DNA of 64,000 nucleotides, from positions 32,001 to 96,000 of the forward strand of contig CAWJYV010000007.1 of the NCBI GenBank assembly GCA_963847185.1, given 5' to 3'. The notes under the pieces were generated by a model, which ran no database searches, had not been told where the DNA came from, and saw nothing but the letters and a program-made list of their open reading frames with translations. The first letter of the stretch is position 1. Each line of letters opens with the position of its first letter. Both the position numbers and the translations under genes were made by a program. The DNA comes from an uncultured Methanosarcinaceae archaeon (GTDB lineage: Archaea > Halobacteriota > Methanosarcinia > Methanosarcinales > Methanosarcinaceae). Of the stretch, positions 44,031 to 54,303 are shown in pieces.

Positions 44031-44389
44031 GACAGGAACTTGCTGTGTAATTTCTTATCGAAATTCTACGTTTATCCTTGTTAAGTTGACCGAAAAGCTA
44101 AACGAATTGTAAACTGCATAACTAAATTTATTATGATTGCAGACAGATTACTTTCAAACAATTAACTGAATTTCAAACTATTAGTCTCTGAAAACTCTCA
44201 AATTAACTTTGATGATCTCAAAAAATTCAATAATATAGTTAATTGATGAATCTAAACAGACAATCTAAATTGGTCTGCTTTAAATTGTCAATTTCACTCT
44301 AACCATGTCCTATCAAACTCAATTACCATTTAATCGCAATTTATCAGAAATATCAATCTTATTACTTTCTTTATCGGGGAATTTTTGAA

Positions 44390-45637
44390 ATGACTGAACA
44401 AACAGCACACGAAAAGTACGAATTTAAAAAGAAGCTGGAAGGCCTCAGGAATAAAAAAGGAAGAAGTACTGAACTGATTTCGCTTTACATCCCTCCTGAC
44501 AAGCAAATTTTTGACGTCACAAACCAGCTGAAAGATGAACATGGACAGGCTGCAAACATCAAGTCCAAGCTTACCAAGACGAATGTACAGGGAGCCATTG
44601 AATCTCTGCTCTCAAGACTTAGATACCTAGACAAAGTTCCTGAAAATGGAATCGTATATTTCACAGGGGCTGTAGATATTGGAGCCAACAAAACAAGTAT
44701 GGAAAGCGAGTCAATTGTTCCTCCTGAACCTATCACCGTTTACAAGTACCATTGTGATTCCTCTTTCTACCTGGAACCTCTTGAGGACATGCTCAAAGAT
44801 AAGGGCACCTTTGGTCTTCTGGTTCTTGATCGCAGGGAGGCCACTATAGGGCTTCTGGTAGGAAAGCGAATTCAAGCTTTCCGTAACATGACCTCGACAG
44901 TTCCTGGAAAACAGAGGAAAGGTGGCCAAAGTGCCCATCGTTTCCAGCAGCTCAGGCTCATTGCGATCCACGATTTCTACAAGAGGATAGGAGATGCTGC
45001 AAGCGAGATCTTTCTTGCCGTTGAACCCAAAGACCTCAAAGGCATCTTGATAGGAGGCCCTTCTCCAACAAAGGAAGAGTTTTATGCAGGCGAGTTCCTG
45101 CATCACGAGCTAATGAAGAAAATTCTCGGTCTTTTTGATACGGCATATACAGACGAATCCGGTCTTTCCGAACTGGTGAATGCTGCCGGTGATAAGCTTC
45201 AGGACCTTGAGCTCATGGGGCAGAAAAATGCTGTTAGAGCCTTTTTCAAAGAATTGATTTCCGATTCAGGGAAAGTTGCCTATGGGGAAACTCAGGTCCG
45301 GGCAAACCTTGAAATCAATGCTGTAGATGTACTCCTGCTCTCAGAAGACCTGCGTGCCGAAAGGGTAACCACAAAATGCAGTGTTTGCGGCTACGAGAAT
45401 AAATGGACGCGGCGCTGGAAACCAGGGGAAGCGGCTCCTACAGCCGGAAATTGCCCAAAGTGTGGGTCTTCCCTTGATGTTACAGATGTTACCGATGTAG
45501 TGGATGAGCTCTCAGACCTTGCTGATAAAAGCAATACAAAGGTTATTTTCGTATCTACAGACTTTGACGAAGGTTCTCAGCTCATGAATGCTTTCGGAGG
45601 CATTGCTGCGATCTTGAGGTACAATACTGGAGTCTAA
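44390..45637 (+). CDS. prf1: Peptide chain release factor aRF1
   Basis: TELISLYIP, NIKS, YHCD, GGQS, Zn-ribbon CSVC..CPKC, FGGIAAILRY. Confidence 0.96.
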   Translation: MTEQTAHEKYEFKKKLEGLRNKKGRSTELISLYIPPDKQIFDVTNQLKDEHGQAANIKSKLTKTNVQGAIESLLSRLRYLDKVPENGIVYFTGAVDIGANKTSMESESIVPPEPITVYKYHCDSSFYLEPLEDMLKDKGTFGLLVLDRREATIGLLVGKRIQAFRNMTSTVPGKQRKGGQSAHRFQQLRLIAIHDFYKRIGDAASEIFLAVEPKDLKGILIGGPSPTKEEFYAGEFLHHELMKKILGLFDTAYTDESGLSELVNAAGDKLQDLELMGQKNAVRAFFKELISDSGKVAYGETQVRANLEINAVDVLLLSEDLRAERVTTKCSVCGYENKWTRRWKPGEAAPTAGNCPKCGSSLDVTDVTDVVDELSDLADKSNTKVIFVSTDFDEGSQLMNAFGGIAAILRYNTGV

Positions 45638-45855
45638 TTCTACCATTTACGACTCCTGTTCCAATACTTTTTACCCAATACTTTTTTAATTAAACTGCCC
45701 TTTGATCAGTGGTCAGAATTTAGTAAATAAGACGTCATTAATTAGGTATCACGAATTAAGGCGTCATTAATTAGATATCACGAACTAAGGTATCACAATT
45801 AATGTATCAGAATTAAAATTATTACGTTATTTCATAGTTTCAAAGGTGGTTTATT

Positions 45856-47565
45856 TTGTTCCTTGAACTCAAAGCTCAGGCTACATCAATCTTAATAGAC
45901 GCTATCCGAAAGGTCGGGTTTGAGATTGAGGATTCCGAACTTTATTTCGAAACCTCTTCTCACGCTGACCTTGCAAGCAGGGTTGCTTTCAAGCTGGCAA
46001 GCATTTACAAACAAAACCCAAAAGAACTTGCATCCCGCATCGTTTCAGCAATCGAGATTCCTGAGGGTTCTTATGTAGGAGAAGTAAGTGCCTCAGGACC
46101 TTACATTAATTTCCGGGCAGGCAGGTACTATCTGGATGGGACAGTTGCTACAGTTCTGGAAAAGAAAGAGAAATTCGGCTGCGGAGCTCCAAAGGATAAA
46201 ATTCTCCTTGAACATACCTCCGCAAACCCTAATGGTCCCCTGCATGTTGGACATATCCGCAATTCCATTATTGGTGACACGCTTGCTCGTATCCTCAGGA
46301 GGGCGGGATACGATGTAGAGGTGCAATACTATGTCAACGATATGGGCCGCCAGATTGCAGTAGTTTCCTGGGCATGTGAGCGCTTTGAGCTTGACCTTTC
46401 CAGAAAGTCCGATTCAGCCATTGCTGACGTGTATATTAAAGCCAATGTCGAGCTGGATAAAAACCCTGAGTATATAAAGGAAATCGATGCCCTTATGGAA
46501 AAGGTGGAAACCGGGGATATTGGGACTATTGAACGCTTTGATAAGGCAGTTTCTCTTGCAGTTGCCGGAATCAAGGAAACCCTTCTTCGTTTAAACGTTG
46601 TTCATGACAGGTTTGTTAACGAATCTCGCTTCCTTAAATCAGGAGCAGTACATGACATTGTTGAGCGGATAAAGGCTACTGGCAGGACAAAGGAGGACAA
46701 AGGGGCCCTTGTTGTAAACCTTTCAGATTATGGGTTTGAAAAAACCCTTGTTATTCAGCGTTCAAACGGAACCTCTCTTTACACTACGAGAGACCTTGCC
46801 TATCACGAATGGAAAGCCGGTCAGGCAGATCGTATAATTGATGTATTCGGGGCAGACCACAAGCTTATCTCGGGCCAGCTCAGGGCTACATTGAATGCCA
46901 TCGGGATCAAGGAACCAGAGGTTGTGATTTTCGAGTTCGTCTCCCTTCCTGAAGGTTCTATGAGCACTCGCCGCGGTCAGTTCATAAGTGCAGACGATCT
47001 TTTTGATAGGATCACTGAAGCTGCTCTTGAACAGGTCGAAACCCGTCGTCCTGACACCTCAGCCGAGTTTAAAAAGCAAGTTGCGGAAATGGTCGGAATA
47101 GGTGCAGTTAGATACGACATAGTGAGAGTCTCTCCGGAAAAATCCACGGTTTTCAACTGGAAGGAAGCTCTGGACTTTGAGAAGCAGGGAGCTCCCTATA
47201 TTCAGTATTCTCATGCTCGTGCCTGCAGTATCCTCGAAAAAGCAAAAGAGGAAGCATCTTGGGATCCTTCAAGAGAAATCGATCCCTCTATTCTTGTCGA
47301 GGAGAGCGAGATCGATCTAATCAAGAAGATGGCAATGTTTGACAGTATAATTGATCTTGGAGCCCGTGAACTTAAACCTCATGTGCTTGCAATATATGCC
47401 CGCGAACTTGCCGATGCTTTCAACCAGTTCTACCGTTTTGTACCGGTTATTGCTGCCGAAGATGAAAAAGTCAGGGCTGCAAGATTGGCCCTTGTGAACT
47501 GTGCCAGGATAGTGCTTGCAAACTCCCTTGACACTCTGGGAATTTCAGCCCCCGAATCGATGTAA
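45856..47565 (+). CDS. argS: Arginine--tRNA ligase
   Basis: EHTSANPNGPLHVGHIRN (HIGH), YVNDMGRQ, MSTRRG, YIQYSHARACSI, ends in PESM; TTG start with GGTGG RBS. Confidence 0.96.
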   Translation: MFLELKAQATSILIDAIRKVGFEIEDSELYFETSSHADLASRVAFKLASIYKQNPKELASRIVSAIEIPEGSYVGEVSASGPYINFRAGRYYLDGTVATVLEKKEKFGCGAPKDKILLEHTSANPNGPLHVGHIRNSIIGDTLARILRRAGYDVEVQYYVNDMGRQIAVVSWACERFELDLSRKSDSAIADVYIKANVELDKNPEYIKEIDALMEKVETGDIGTIERFDKAVSLAVAGIKETLLRLNVVHDRFVNESRFLKSGAVHDIVERIKATGRTKEDKGALVVNLSDYGFEKTLVIQRSNGTSLYTTRDLAYHEWKAGQADRIIDVFGADHKLISGQLRATLNAIGIKEPEVVIFEFVSLPEGSMSTRRGQFISADDLFDRITEAALEQVETRRPDTSAEFKKQVAEMVGIGAVRYDIVRVSPEKSTVFNWKEALDFEKQGAPYIQYSHARACSILEKAKEEASWDPSREIDPSILVEESEIDLIKKMAMFDSIIDLGARELKPHVLAIYARELADAFNQFYRFVPVIAAEDEKVRAARLALVNCARIVLANSLDTLGISAPESM

Positions 47566-47934
47566 ACAGAGGGAATAATAAAGCATAGAAGCAGTGTAAA
47601 ATAGAATACGAAAAGAAGAAAGCGAAAAAGGGAAAGAGGAAAAACAATCATAAATAGAAGACACTTTCTCTTCGTTCTTTTTATTCGTTTAAGTTTTCTT
47701 TTTATTCGTCTAAGCTTTCCTTTTTGACCCATCTTTTAGTTCTATGAAGCCTTTAAATACGTTTTTTGGAAAATGTGGCAAAAAGACTTAATCAGAAGTT
47801 AGGAGTAGTTATATACCCCTACTTTCAGAAAAATATAAAATCTTTCGCAACAAAAATGGTAGTTATACAAAAATCATTCCAGAAATTAAAATCATAAAAT
47901 TGTAACTTATACAAATACTACCCTAGAGATTGAC

Positions 47935-48348
47935 ATGACTACTATAAGTGACACTTTTCGGAAATTCTTGAATGAACAGGAAGTTTCTTTGAAATCTGAA
48001 ATTTTCCTTGACTGCGAGGAGGTAATTCTTCTTTACGAGGAATTCCTGGAATTTAGTGCTGAGGATTCTCTCTCTGATGAGGATCTGGATCTTTACACTG
48101 CCCATCACAAACGTGGAAAAAGCTATTGCGATATTTTTGGCCCTGAACGCCTTACCCCTTCAGGTATTAAGGAGTTTCTCGAAGATTATGTTGTTGAGGT
48201 AGGAGGAGGAAAAAAATTCGTAGGGACAGCCGCTAAAGTTCTTGACAAATTTTTTGAGTGGACCTTGGATGAGGGTTTCATTGAGGAGAAAGCTTTTGAA
48301 GCAAACAGTGAAATTCTCTCGAAGTACAAGAAAAGGTGGAATGTTTGA
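47935..48348 (+). CDS. Hypothetical acidic protein (integrase core-binding-like helical pattern)
   Basis: 137-aa ORF; LTPSGIKEFLEDY...TAAKVLDKFFEWTLDEGFIE. Confidence 0.7.
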   Translation: MTTISDTFRKFLNEQEVSLKSEIFLDCEEVILLYEEFLEFSAEDSLSDEDLDLYTAHHKRGKSYCDIFGPERLTPSGIKEFLEDYVVEVGGGKKFVGTAAKVLDKFFEWTLDEGFIEEKAFEANSEILSKYKKRWNV

Positions 48349-48588
48349 AAATAAGGACTGGTGCAGGAAGACGTTTTATTTTCAAACAATTTTATTCTCT
48401 TTTCATTCTTTTTAGATTTATCCAGTTAAAGCAAACTGGAATGAATAAATAAATTTTCAAGTCTGAAAATCCAAATTAATAATCTGTTAAATCAAAGATA
48501 AAAATAAAATTTATTTATCACTTTAGGTATATTTACTGAAAAACAATTTTTATAAAAATCTAATCTAACCAATACTTTTGGGGATACT

Positions 48589-48951
48589 ATGACGAATGAT
48601 ATCATCATTGTCAGCACACCGTACTTGCCAGGTTATAAAATCACAAAGACCCTTGGGTTTACATGGGGCCTAATCGTGCGAAGTCGTGGGCTCGGTGGAA
48701 ATATAGCTGCCGGTCTCAGGTCAATTGTCGGTGGAGAGATTCACGAGTATACGCAGCTCCTGAATGAGGCCCGAGAGCAGGCACTTGATCGATTAAAAGA
48801 ACATGCAAAGGCCCTTGGGGCAAATGCCGTTGTGAGCGTGGAGTTTGATTCTTCAGAGATCGGCCAGACAATGACTGAGTTGCTCGCATATGGTACGGCG
48901 GTAGTGGTCGAAAAAGATGAAGTTCCCGCAAGTCCGGTTCGGCTTGGTTGA
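48589..48951 (+). CDS. UPF0145 / YbjQ heavy-metal-binding domain protein
   Basis: GLRSIVGGEIHEYTQLL..AREQA, LGANAVV, AYGTAV. Confidence 0.9.
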   Translation: MTNDIIIVSTPYLPGYKITKTLGFTWGLIVRSRGLGGNIAAGLRSIVGGEIHEYTQLLNEAREQALDRLKEHAKALGANAVVSVEFDSSEIGQTMTELLAYGTAVVVEKDEVPASPVRLG

Positions 48952-49015
48952 GGGACGGACAATAGGATAGATGATAGGACAGATAATAGGACGGATGACA
49001 GCAGATAGGAAAATA

Positions 49016-49070
49016 GCAGATAATAGGCAGATAATAGGCAGATAATAGGCAGATAATAGGCAGATAATAG
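49016..49070. repeat. 11-bp tandem repeat x5
   Basis: GCAGATAATAG repeated; decayed copies from ~48955. Confidence 0.9.
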
Positions 49071-49400
49071 TCTTATCCATTCCAAGGATTGGAAAGCTCT
49101 GATAACTTGTCGGTTGATAAGAAATTTTTTGCAAGATAAAAAAGGGTATTGTCCGTTAATTTGAACCATGAAAGCACGGAATACATGGAATTAAGAAGTT
49201 AAGGGCATAGTTTTTCCCCCTAACTGTGGAAAGAATTAGGATTGGAAGAGGGTTGGAAAGAGAAAACTTCGAAACCAGTAGAAATGAAGCTGGATACCTA
49301 TTTCCGAATTTTACCAACTATGCTCGACGATTTCCAATTTCAGAAATTCTCAATAGATCTGGCAACTTGGTTTCTAGGATTTCTATTCCTTTTACTATTT

Positions 49401-51203
49401 CTACGTCTTTCGAACTTTCGTATTTACTAGCCGAAGAAGTTTTTTTACTGGAGAAATTGCTGGCTTCGGGACTACTTTGCTTCTGGAAGAATAACTTTCT
49501 CCATTGATACTTGCCAGATATTCCAGGGAACTTATCCCGTTTATTGAAAGAGGGTACTTTTTTTCGTTTCGATATTCCACAATTCTCTTTAGCAGTGGAT
49601 ATCCCTCAACAGCTTTGGTGTCATACTTTGTGATTCTTGTTAGCAACCTTGAGATAAGAGGGTTTTTAAAGTACCTCCCCCACATCGGATTATCAATTAC
49701 CTCGTCATAATAACTGTGAATGAATGTTCTGTAATAAAGGAGCTTTTCATACTTTGAACGATTCTCAAGAGGTTTCAGGTTCAGTATATCGATAGTACAA
49801 TCTATATTTTTAAGTACATTGAGTTCACCTGAAAACAGAATATCTCTGGCATACTTTCTGTACAGTTCCTGATTAATCCTGTGTTCGATGGGGACTTTCA
49901 AAAAGAAATTAATTAATTCTGTATCCCAGAACGGGATTCTCCACTCATATCCGAAAAACTCGTAGGCTCTGACTGAATTAACAATAAACTTCGATTGTCT
50001 CTCATTAAAATCAAACAATTCCACTGCATTTGCACAGGTTTCGTTATTATTAATTTCCACTCTGTCTATTGATCTTTTGATTTTTTCTTTAAAAGCGTGC
50101 TCAAATTCATACTCAGAGGGCCATTTCCAGAGGATGTAGTGTCTTTTCAGAGAATCTGCCAGATAAGTTTCCGAGTTATAGTTTCTTGAAACATCAAAGT
50201 AATAATGGGGAATATGGCTGCCTGCAAGCATATCACCGGTGTGTCCCGGAATAAATACTGCATTTTCAGGGAGCTTTCCCTGGGTTTTCAACTCTTTTAC
50301 GGCCAGAAAATCCTGCATATGGGGTAAAGATGCAAGATTTCCAGCAAAAATCCGGAAAAGATCTGCTTCTTCAGAATTGTAACATTCATGCCATTTACTG
50401 GCTGTGTATTTTACAAAAAGCCAATCATAGCCAAGAGCATTTGCCACTTTTTTGCTTATTGCGGACTCTCGATTGCCTTTTCTTCCATAACTGATACAGA
50501 CAACATCATTTACTCCAAGCCTTTTCAACATTGCAACAATAATGCGTGAATCCAGTCCTCCGCTTAAGGGCACTACAAGTTTTTTTCCCTTTTTTTCGGT
50601 ACTTTCAATTAGTCTTGAAAAGGCATTTACAAAAGCCTGATCGAGCATTTCAAGAAGTTTCTTTTCAGGCAGTTCGTAGTAATCTTCATGCAAATATCTA
50701 AAATATGTAAAGGTTTTCAGGTGATTCCTTTTCTTTTGGTAAATCAAAAATTCTGCATTTTTCATTTGTTTTATGCCGTCAAAGAGCGTTTCATTTCCTG
50801 TCACATATCCTGCAACCAGAAATTCGACCGCATTTTTTTCATTTCGGGGGTGATTATTTTTATCTTTTAAATAATAAGCATTATCTGACACAATAAAATT
50901 ATTTTTTGCTGTAGTATAAAACAGGGGGGTACTTCTTAGTTTGTCAACAGCACAAAATATTCTATTCTCTGTCTCGGCAACAAATGCAAATTCCCCATTA
51001 AATCCTTTAAGGAGATCTCCAATCTCTTTTTCCTGAACTTCTCCTTCTTTACCTATAAGAGGACATAATATTTCCGTCAACTTTTCCGGACTTAGGAGCC
51101 TGTCATTAAAAAATACATTCCCTTTTAAATAATATCTGACCCCATTGGATTTTATTTCTTTCCAAGTAGAATACTTATTCGCTAACTTTATTTCATTTTT
51201 CAT
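49401..51203 (-). CDS. Asparagine synthase-related amidotransferase/ligase
   Basis: NGEFAF..AVDKLRSTPLFY, ETLFDGIK, PP-loop VPLSGGLDSR, PGHTGD, EWRIPFWD; no N-terminal Cys. Confidence 0.82.
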   Translation of the reverse strand: MKNEIKLANKYSTWKEIKSNGVRYYLKGNVFFNDRLLSPEKLTEILCPLIGKEGEVQEKEIGDLLKGFNGEFAFVAETENRIFCAVDKLRSTPLFYTTAKNNFIVSDNAYYLKDKNNHPRNEKNAVEFLVAGYVTGNETLFDGIKQMKNAEFLIYQKKRNHLKTFTYFRYLHEDYYELPEKKLLEMLDQAFVNAFSRLIESTEKKGKKLVVPLSGGLDSRIIVAMLKRLGVNDVVCISYGRKGNRESAISKKVANALGYDWLFVKYTASKWHECYNSEEADLFRIFAGNLASLPHMQDFLAVKELKTQGKLPENAVFIPGHTGDMLAGSHIPHYYFDVSRNYNSETYLADSLKRHYILWKWPSEYEFEHAFKEKIKRSIDRVEINNNETCANAVELFDFNERQSKFIVNSVRAYEFFGYEWRIPFWDTELINFFLKVPIEHRINQELYRKYARDILFSGELNVLKNIDCTIDILNLKPLENRSKYEKLLYYRTFIHSYYDEVIDNPMWGRYFKNPLISRLLTRITKYDTKAVEGYPLLKRIVEYRNEKKYPLSINGISSLEYLASINGESYSSRSKVVPKPAISPVKKLLRLVNTKVRKT

Positions 51204-51558
51204 TTATTAGTGTCCCCCAAAATCAACATTTTTTATAATCTTAATTATATATGTTATGTGCTGTTTTTCTTCATAATTATCAGTTTTGAAGAAGCGTTTA
51301 AAGAAGTATTGAATCTCTCAGTGAACTCCAGCTTTCAGAAGAAAACAAAAATATTTTAAATTTAATGAGTTCAGAACAATTATACCCCAAAATTTTCATG
51401 TATTGATATTACTTCTCTCCCTTAAATTTATTTTTATATATCTCTTATAAAATAATTTATACTGTTTCGTGCGATACTTTATGGTATGATTAATTCCAGT
51501 ATTTTTACCTGAGTAATTTCAATACCTATAATACTTCCATCCCTCTTACATAAGAGAT

Positions 51559-52599
51559 ATGCAGGATATCATTTTTATTGATGGAGGCAGCCTTCCTACA
51601 CCCGACGGTCTAACAAGGGAATGGGTTAAGGCTGCAGCTGAAAACCGGGACGAAGACGAAAAACTCTTTTCCATGATAAGGGAAGCTTTTCAGAGGAAAA
51701 TTGACGTGGGTGTGCATGTTCCCACTTACCCTCAGTTTAGAGATAAGATCAAGCAATTTCTTGATATCATTAAAGATGAAAAGAACTGTTATGAGCTATA
51801 TGTATTGAAAGAAGAAAATGCCAAGATCCTTGAGCTTGAGATAATTGATGAGGTCGCAAAGCAGTACAAGAAAGAAACAGGGGAGACCCTTGAAGTCAGG
51901 GTTTGTATTGCAGGTCCCACAGACCTATATCTTCAGGCCTTTGGAGAAACTGCTTATACAGATGCGTATCATATTCTTGCATTAGATCTCGAAAATTTCA
52001 TAAAACAAGCGTTTAAGACTGCGAAGAATTTCAAAATCAGGGTTATAGCTCTGGATGAACCCAGTCTTGGGATAAACGATAGAATTCAATTTTCTGATGC
52101 TGATATCGTTTCCGCTCTAACTTTAGTTTCAACTTATGCCAGAAAACAGGGAGCAGATGCGGAAATTCACCTGCATTCTCCCTTAAAGTATAAACTTGTC
52201 TGCGAGACTCCCATCAATGTTATTGGGTTTGAGTACGCAGCAACTCCTTCCTATATGGACATTCTGGACAGAAATGTGCTTGAGAACTCAGATACTTATA
52301 TCAGACTCGGAGTATCGAGGACAGACATTTCCAGTCTTATAGGAATTGTCAATGAAAATTACGGAGTTAATGCCTGGAAGGAAAAGGAGTACATGCAAAA
52401 AATAATAACTGAACTTGAGACTCCAGAAGTTATAAAAAAGAGACTTGAAGTGGCTTATTCGGTTCTTGGAGATAGAATCAGATATGCAAGCCCTGACTGC
52501 GGACTGGCTTTCTGGCCGGACCAGGAACTCGCCTTCAGGCTTCTTGAAAATACTGCAAAAGGTATCAATGAATTTAATTCCGAAAAGTCGGTAGAGTAA
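51559..52599 (+). CDS. Core (folate-independent-type) methionine synthase homologue, copy 1
   Basis: GSLP, G+PTYPQF, GPTDL, LDEPSLG, EIHLHS, SPDCGL; MetE C-terminal barrel only (346 aa). Confidence 0.78.
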   Translation: MQDIIFIDGGSLPTPDGLTREWVKAAAENRDEDEKLFSMIREAFQRKIDVGVHVPTYPQFRDKIKQFLDIIKDEKNCYELYVLKEENAKILELEIIDEVAKQYKKETGETLEVRVCIAGPTDLYLQAFGETAYTDAYHILALDLENFIKQAFKTAKNFKIRVIALDEPSLGINDRIQFSDADIVSALTLVSTYARKQGADAEIHLHSPLKYKLVCETPINVIGFEYAATPSYMDILDRNVLENSDTYIRLGVSRTDISSLIGIVNENYGVNAWKEKEYMQKIITELETPEVIKKRLEVAYSVLGDRIRYASPDCGLAFWPDQELAFRLLENTAKGINEFNSEKSVE

Positions 52600-52724
52600 T
52601 TCTAATTGAACGAATCTTTTCCGATGAATTCTCCAGTAATCCTTTTTTCTCTTTTATTCTTATATTTTTATATTTTTTCTGTTTTTCCAATAATGCTAAA
52701 TTCTTGTAGGTCTAGTAAGAGGAT

Positions 52725-53759
52725 ATGGAAGAAATCATCTTTGACGATATAGGAAGTTATCCCCTTCCTGAAGAAGTTAGCAAAGAGTGGGTTCAAAACG
52801 CTTTTAAGACAAGAGCAGAAGATGAGAAACTCTTTACGATAATTAATGACGCTTTCCAGCAAAAAATAGACGCAGGTGTACAGGTTCCTACCTATCCCCA
52901 GTATCAGGACATGAATGAACAGTTCCTGAAGGTTATTCGGGATTCCAACTGCTGTGATAGTCCCTTTGAGATAAAACTTGAGTGTGCGAAAATAGAAGAG
53001 CTTGAGGCTATAGAGAAGGTTGCAAAAGCCTATAAGGAACAGTTCGGAGAGACTCTAAAGGTTAGGATTTGTGTAACCGGCCCAACTGAACTTTACCTTA
53101 GAGAGTTTGGGGGTACACGGTATACGGATATTTATTCTCTTTTTGCAAAAAATGTAAATAAATTTGTTCGAAACTCTATGAAAGCTGCCAAGCATTTTAA
53201 AATCTCAACTGTTTCTATTGATGAACCAAGCATCGGGCTGAACCCTGAACTTTCTTTTGATGAAAATGATATTATCTCTGCCCTTACGGATGCCTCAAAA
53301 TCAGCAAGTAAATGGGGGGCAGACGTGGAAATCCACCTCCATTCTCCTCTCTACTACAATTTTGCCTGCGAGACTCCTACGATCAATGTCATAGGAGTAG
53401 AATCTGCGGGTACGCCTTCCTATCTGGAGCTCATTGATAAAAAAGTTCTAGAGAGTACAGATTCTTTCCTCAGGCTGGGAGTTGCAAGAACTGACATCTT
53501 CACCCTGGCAGGAGCTCTTAATGAAAAGTACTGTACCAATGTCTGGAAAGATCAGCAATACCTTCCAGAGATTGTAACGGAACTGGAAACTCCGGCTGTT
53601 ATAACAAAGAGACTCAAGCTTTATTACAGGCGTTTTGGTAATCTGATAAAGTATGTTGGTCCTGACTGTGGGCTGGGCTCCTGGCCTAATCAGAGGATGG
53701 CTTTTATTCTGCTTTCCAATGTAGCTCAGGGAATCAAGGATTTCAGGGAATCTTTTTAA
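52725..53759 (+). CDS. Core methionine synthase homologue, copy 2
   Basis: DDIGSYP, PTYPQY, TGPTEL, IDEPSIG, EIHLHS, GPDCGL; colinear paralogue of the upstream gene. Confidence 0.8.
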   Translation: MEEIIFDDIGSYPLPEEVSKEWVQNAFKTRAEDEKLFTIINDAFQQKIDAGVQVPTYPQYQDMNEQFLKVIRDSNCCDSPFEIKLECAKIEELEAIEKVAKAYKEQFGETLKVRICVTGPTELYLREFGGTRYTDIYSLFAKNVNKFVRNSMKAAKHFKISTVSIDEPSIGLNPELSFDENDIISALTDASKSASKWGADVEIHLHSPLYYNFACETPTINVIGVESAGTPSYLELIDKKVLESTDSFLRLGVARTDIFTLAGALNEKYCTNVWKDQQYLPEIVTELETPAVITKRLKLYYRRFGNLIKYVGPDCGLGSWPNQRMAFILLSNVAQGIKDFRESF

Positions 53760-53936
53760 CCCTGAATCTTTTTCAGTTATTTTTCAGAAAGATCAGGTTC
53801 TATTTTTCTTTTCAGTGGAAGGGATGGTATTATGTGACATGTCTTAAAAAATGTCTATTGATGTCAAAGCACAGTGGAAATGAGGGGGTGGTTCTTTACG
53901 ACTGTTCCTGAATATTTCTTATTTCAAAGCCCCTAG

Positions 53937-54107
53937 TCATTCATTAAGTCTTCCGTGCCTTCTATCAATCTCATCCATCATGTCCAGCATCTTTCGAATG
54001 GCGGTCCGAATAGCATCTGACTGGCTGACGAATTTTTTATTATCTCCCACATGCCTGTTAAGGTCATCCAGAAGTTCCTGCGGGATTTCAACACTTACTT
54101 TTGGCAT
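53937..54107 (-). CDS. Ribbon-helix-helix (CopG/NikR-like) protein
   Basis: MPKVSVEIPQELLDDLNRHV...FVSQSDAIRTAIRKML; start moved to ATG 54107. Confidence 0.85.
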   Translation of the reverse strand: MPKVSVEIPQELLDDLNRHVGDNKKFVSQSDAIRTAIRKMLDMMDEIDRRHGRLNE

Positions 54108-54229
54108 TAGAATTGCACCTGTTTGTGTCAAATTTATGAGCTATAAGGCTTAAAATGTCATCTTATTGGAAGAAGCTTGATACAAACATTTTATTTTAAA
54201 TTTTAAAAGAGCTTTGAGAAAGAGATCAG

Positions 54230-54303
54230 CGGGCCCGAAGGGATTTGAACCCCCGGCCTATGGATTAAGAGTCCATCGCTCTGCCTGACTAAGCTACGGG
54301 CCC
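54230..54303 (-). tRNA. tRNA-Lys (anticodon CTT), CCA not encoded
   Basis: GGGCCCGTAGCTTAGTCAGGCAGAGCGATGGA-CTCTTAA-TCCATAGGCCGGGGGTTCAAATCCCTTCGGGCCCG folds as a cloverleaf. Confidence 0.95.

Noticed and set aside
48741-49169. Minus-strand ORFs with LLSAYY repeats
   Set aside because: Antisense to the UPF0145 gene and driven by the 11-bp repeat
49392-49403. Pyrrolysine readthrough at the TAG ending the asparagine-synthase-like gene
   Set aside because: The minus strand continues TAG AAA TAG TAA, so readthrough would add at most three residues
49401-51203. Lasso peptide cyclase cluster
   Set aside because: No B1/B2 leader-binding or peptidase gene, and no precursor-like ORF nearby
54230-54303. 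tRNA-Lys as an integration site of an island or provirus
   Set aside because: I saw no duplicated tRNA 3' end and no full integrase; the flanking genes look chromosomal
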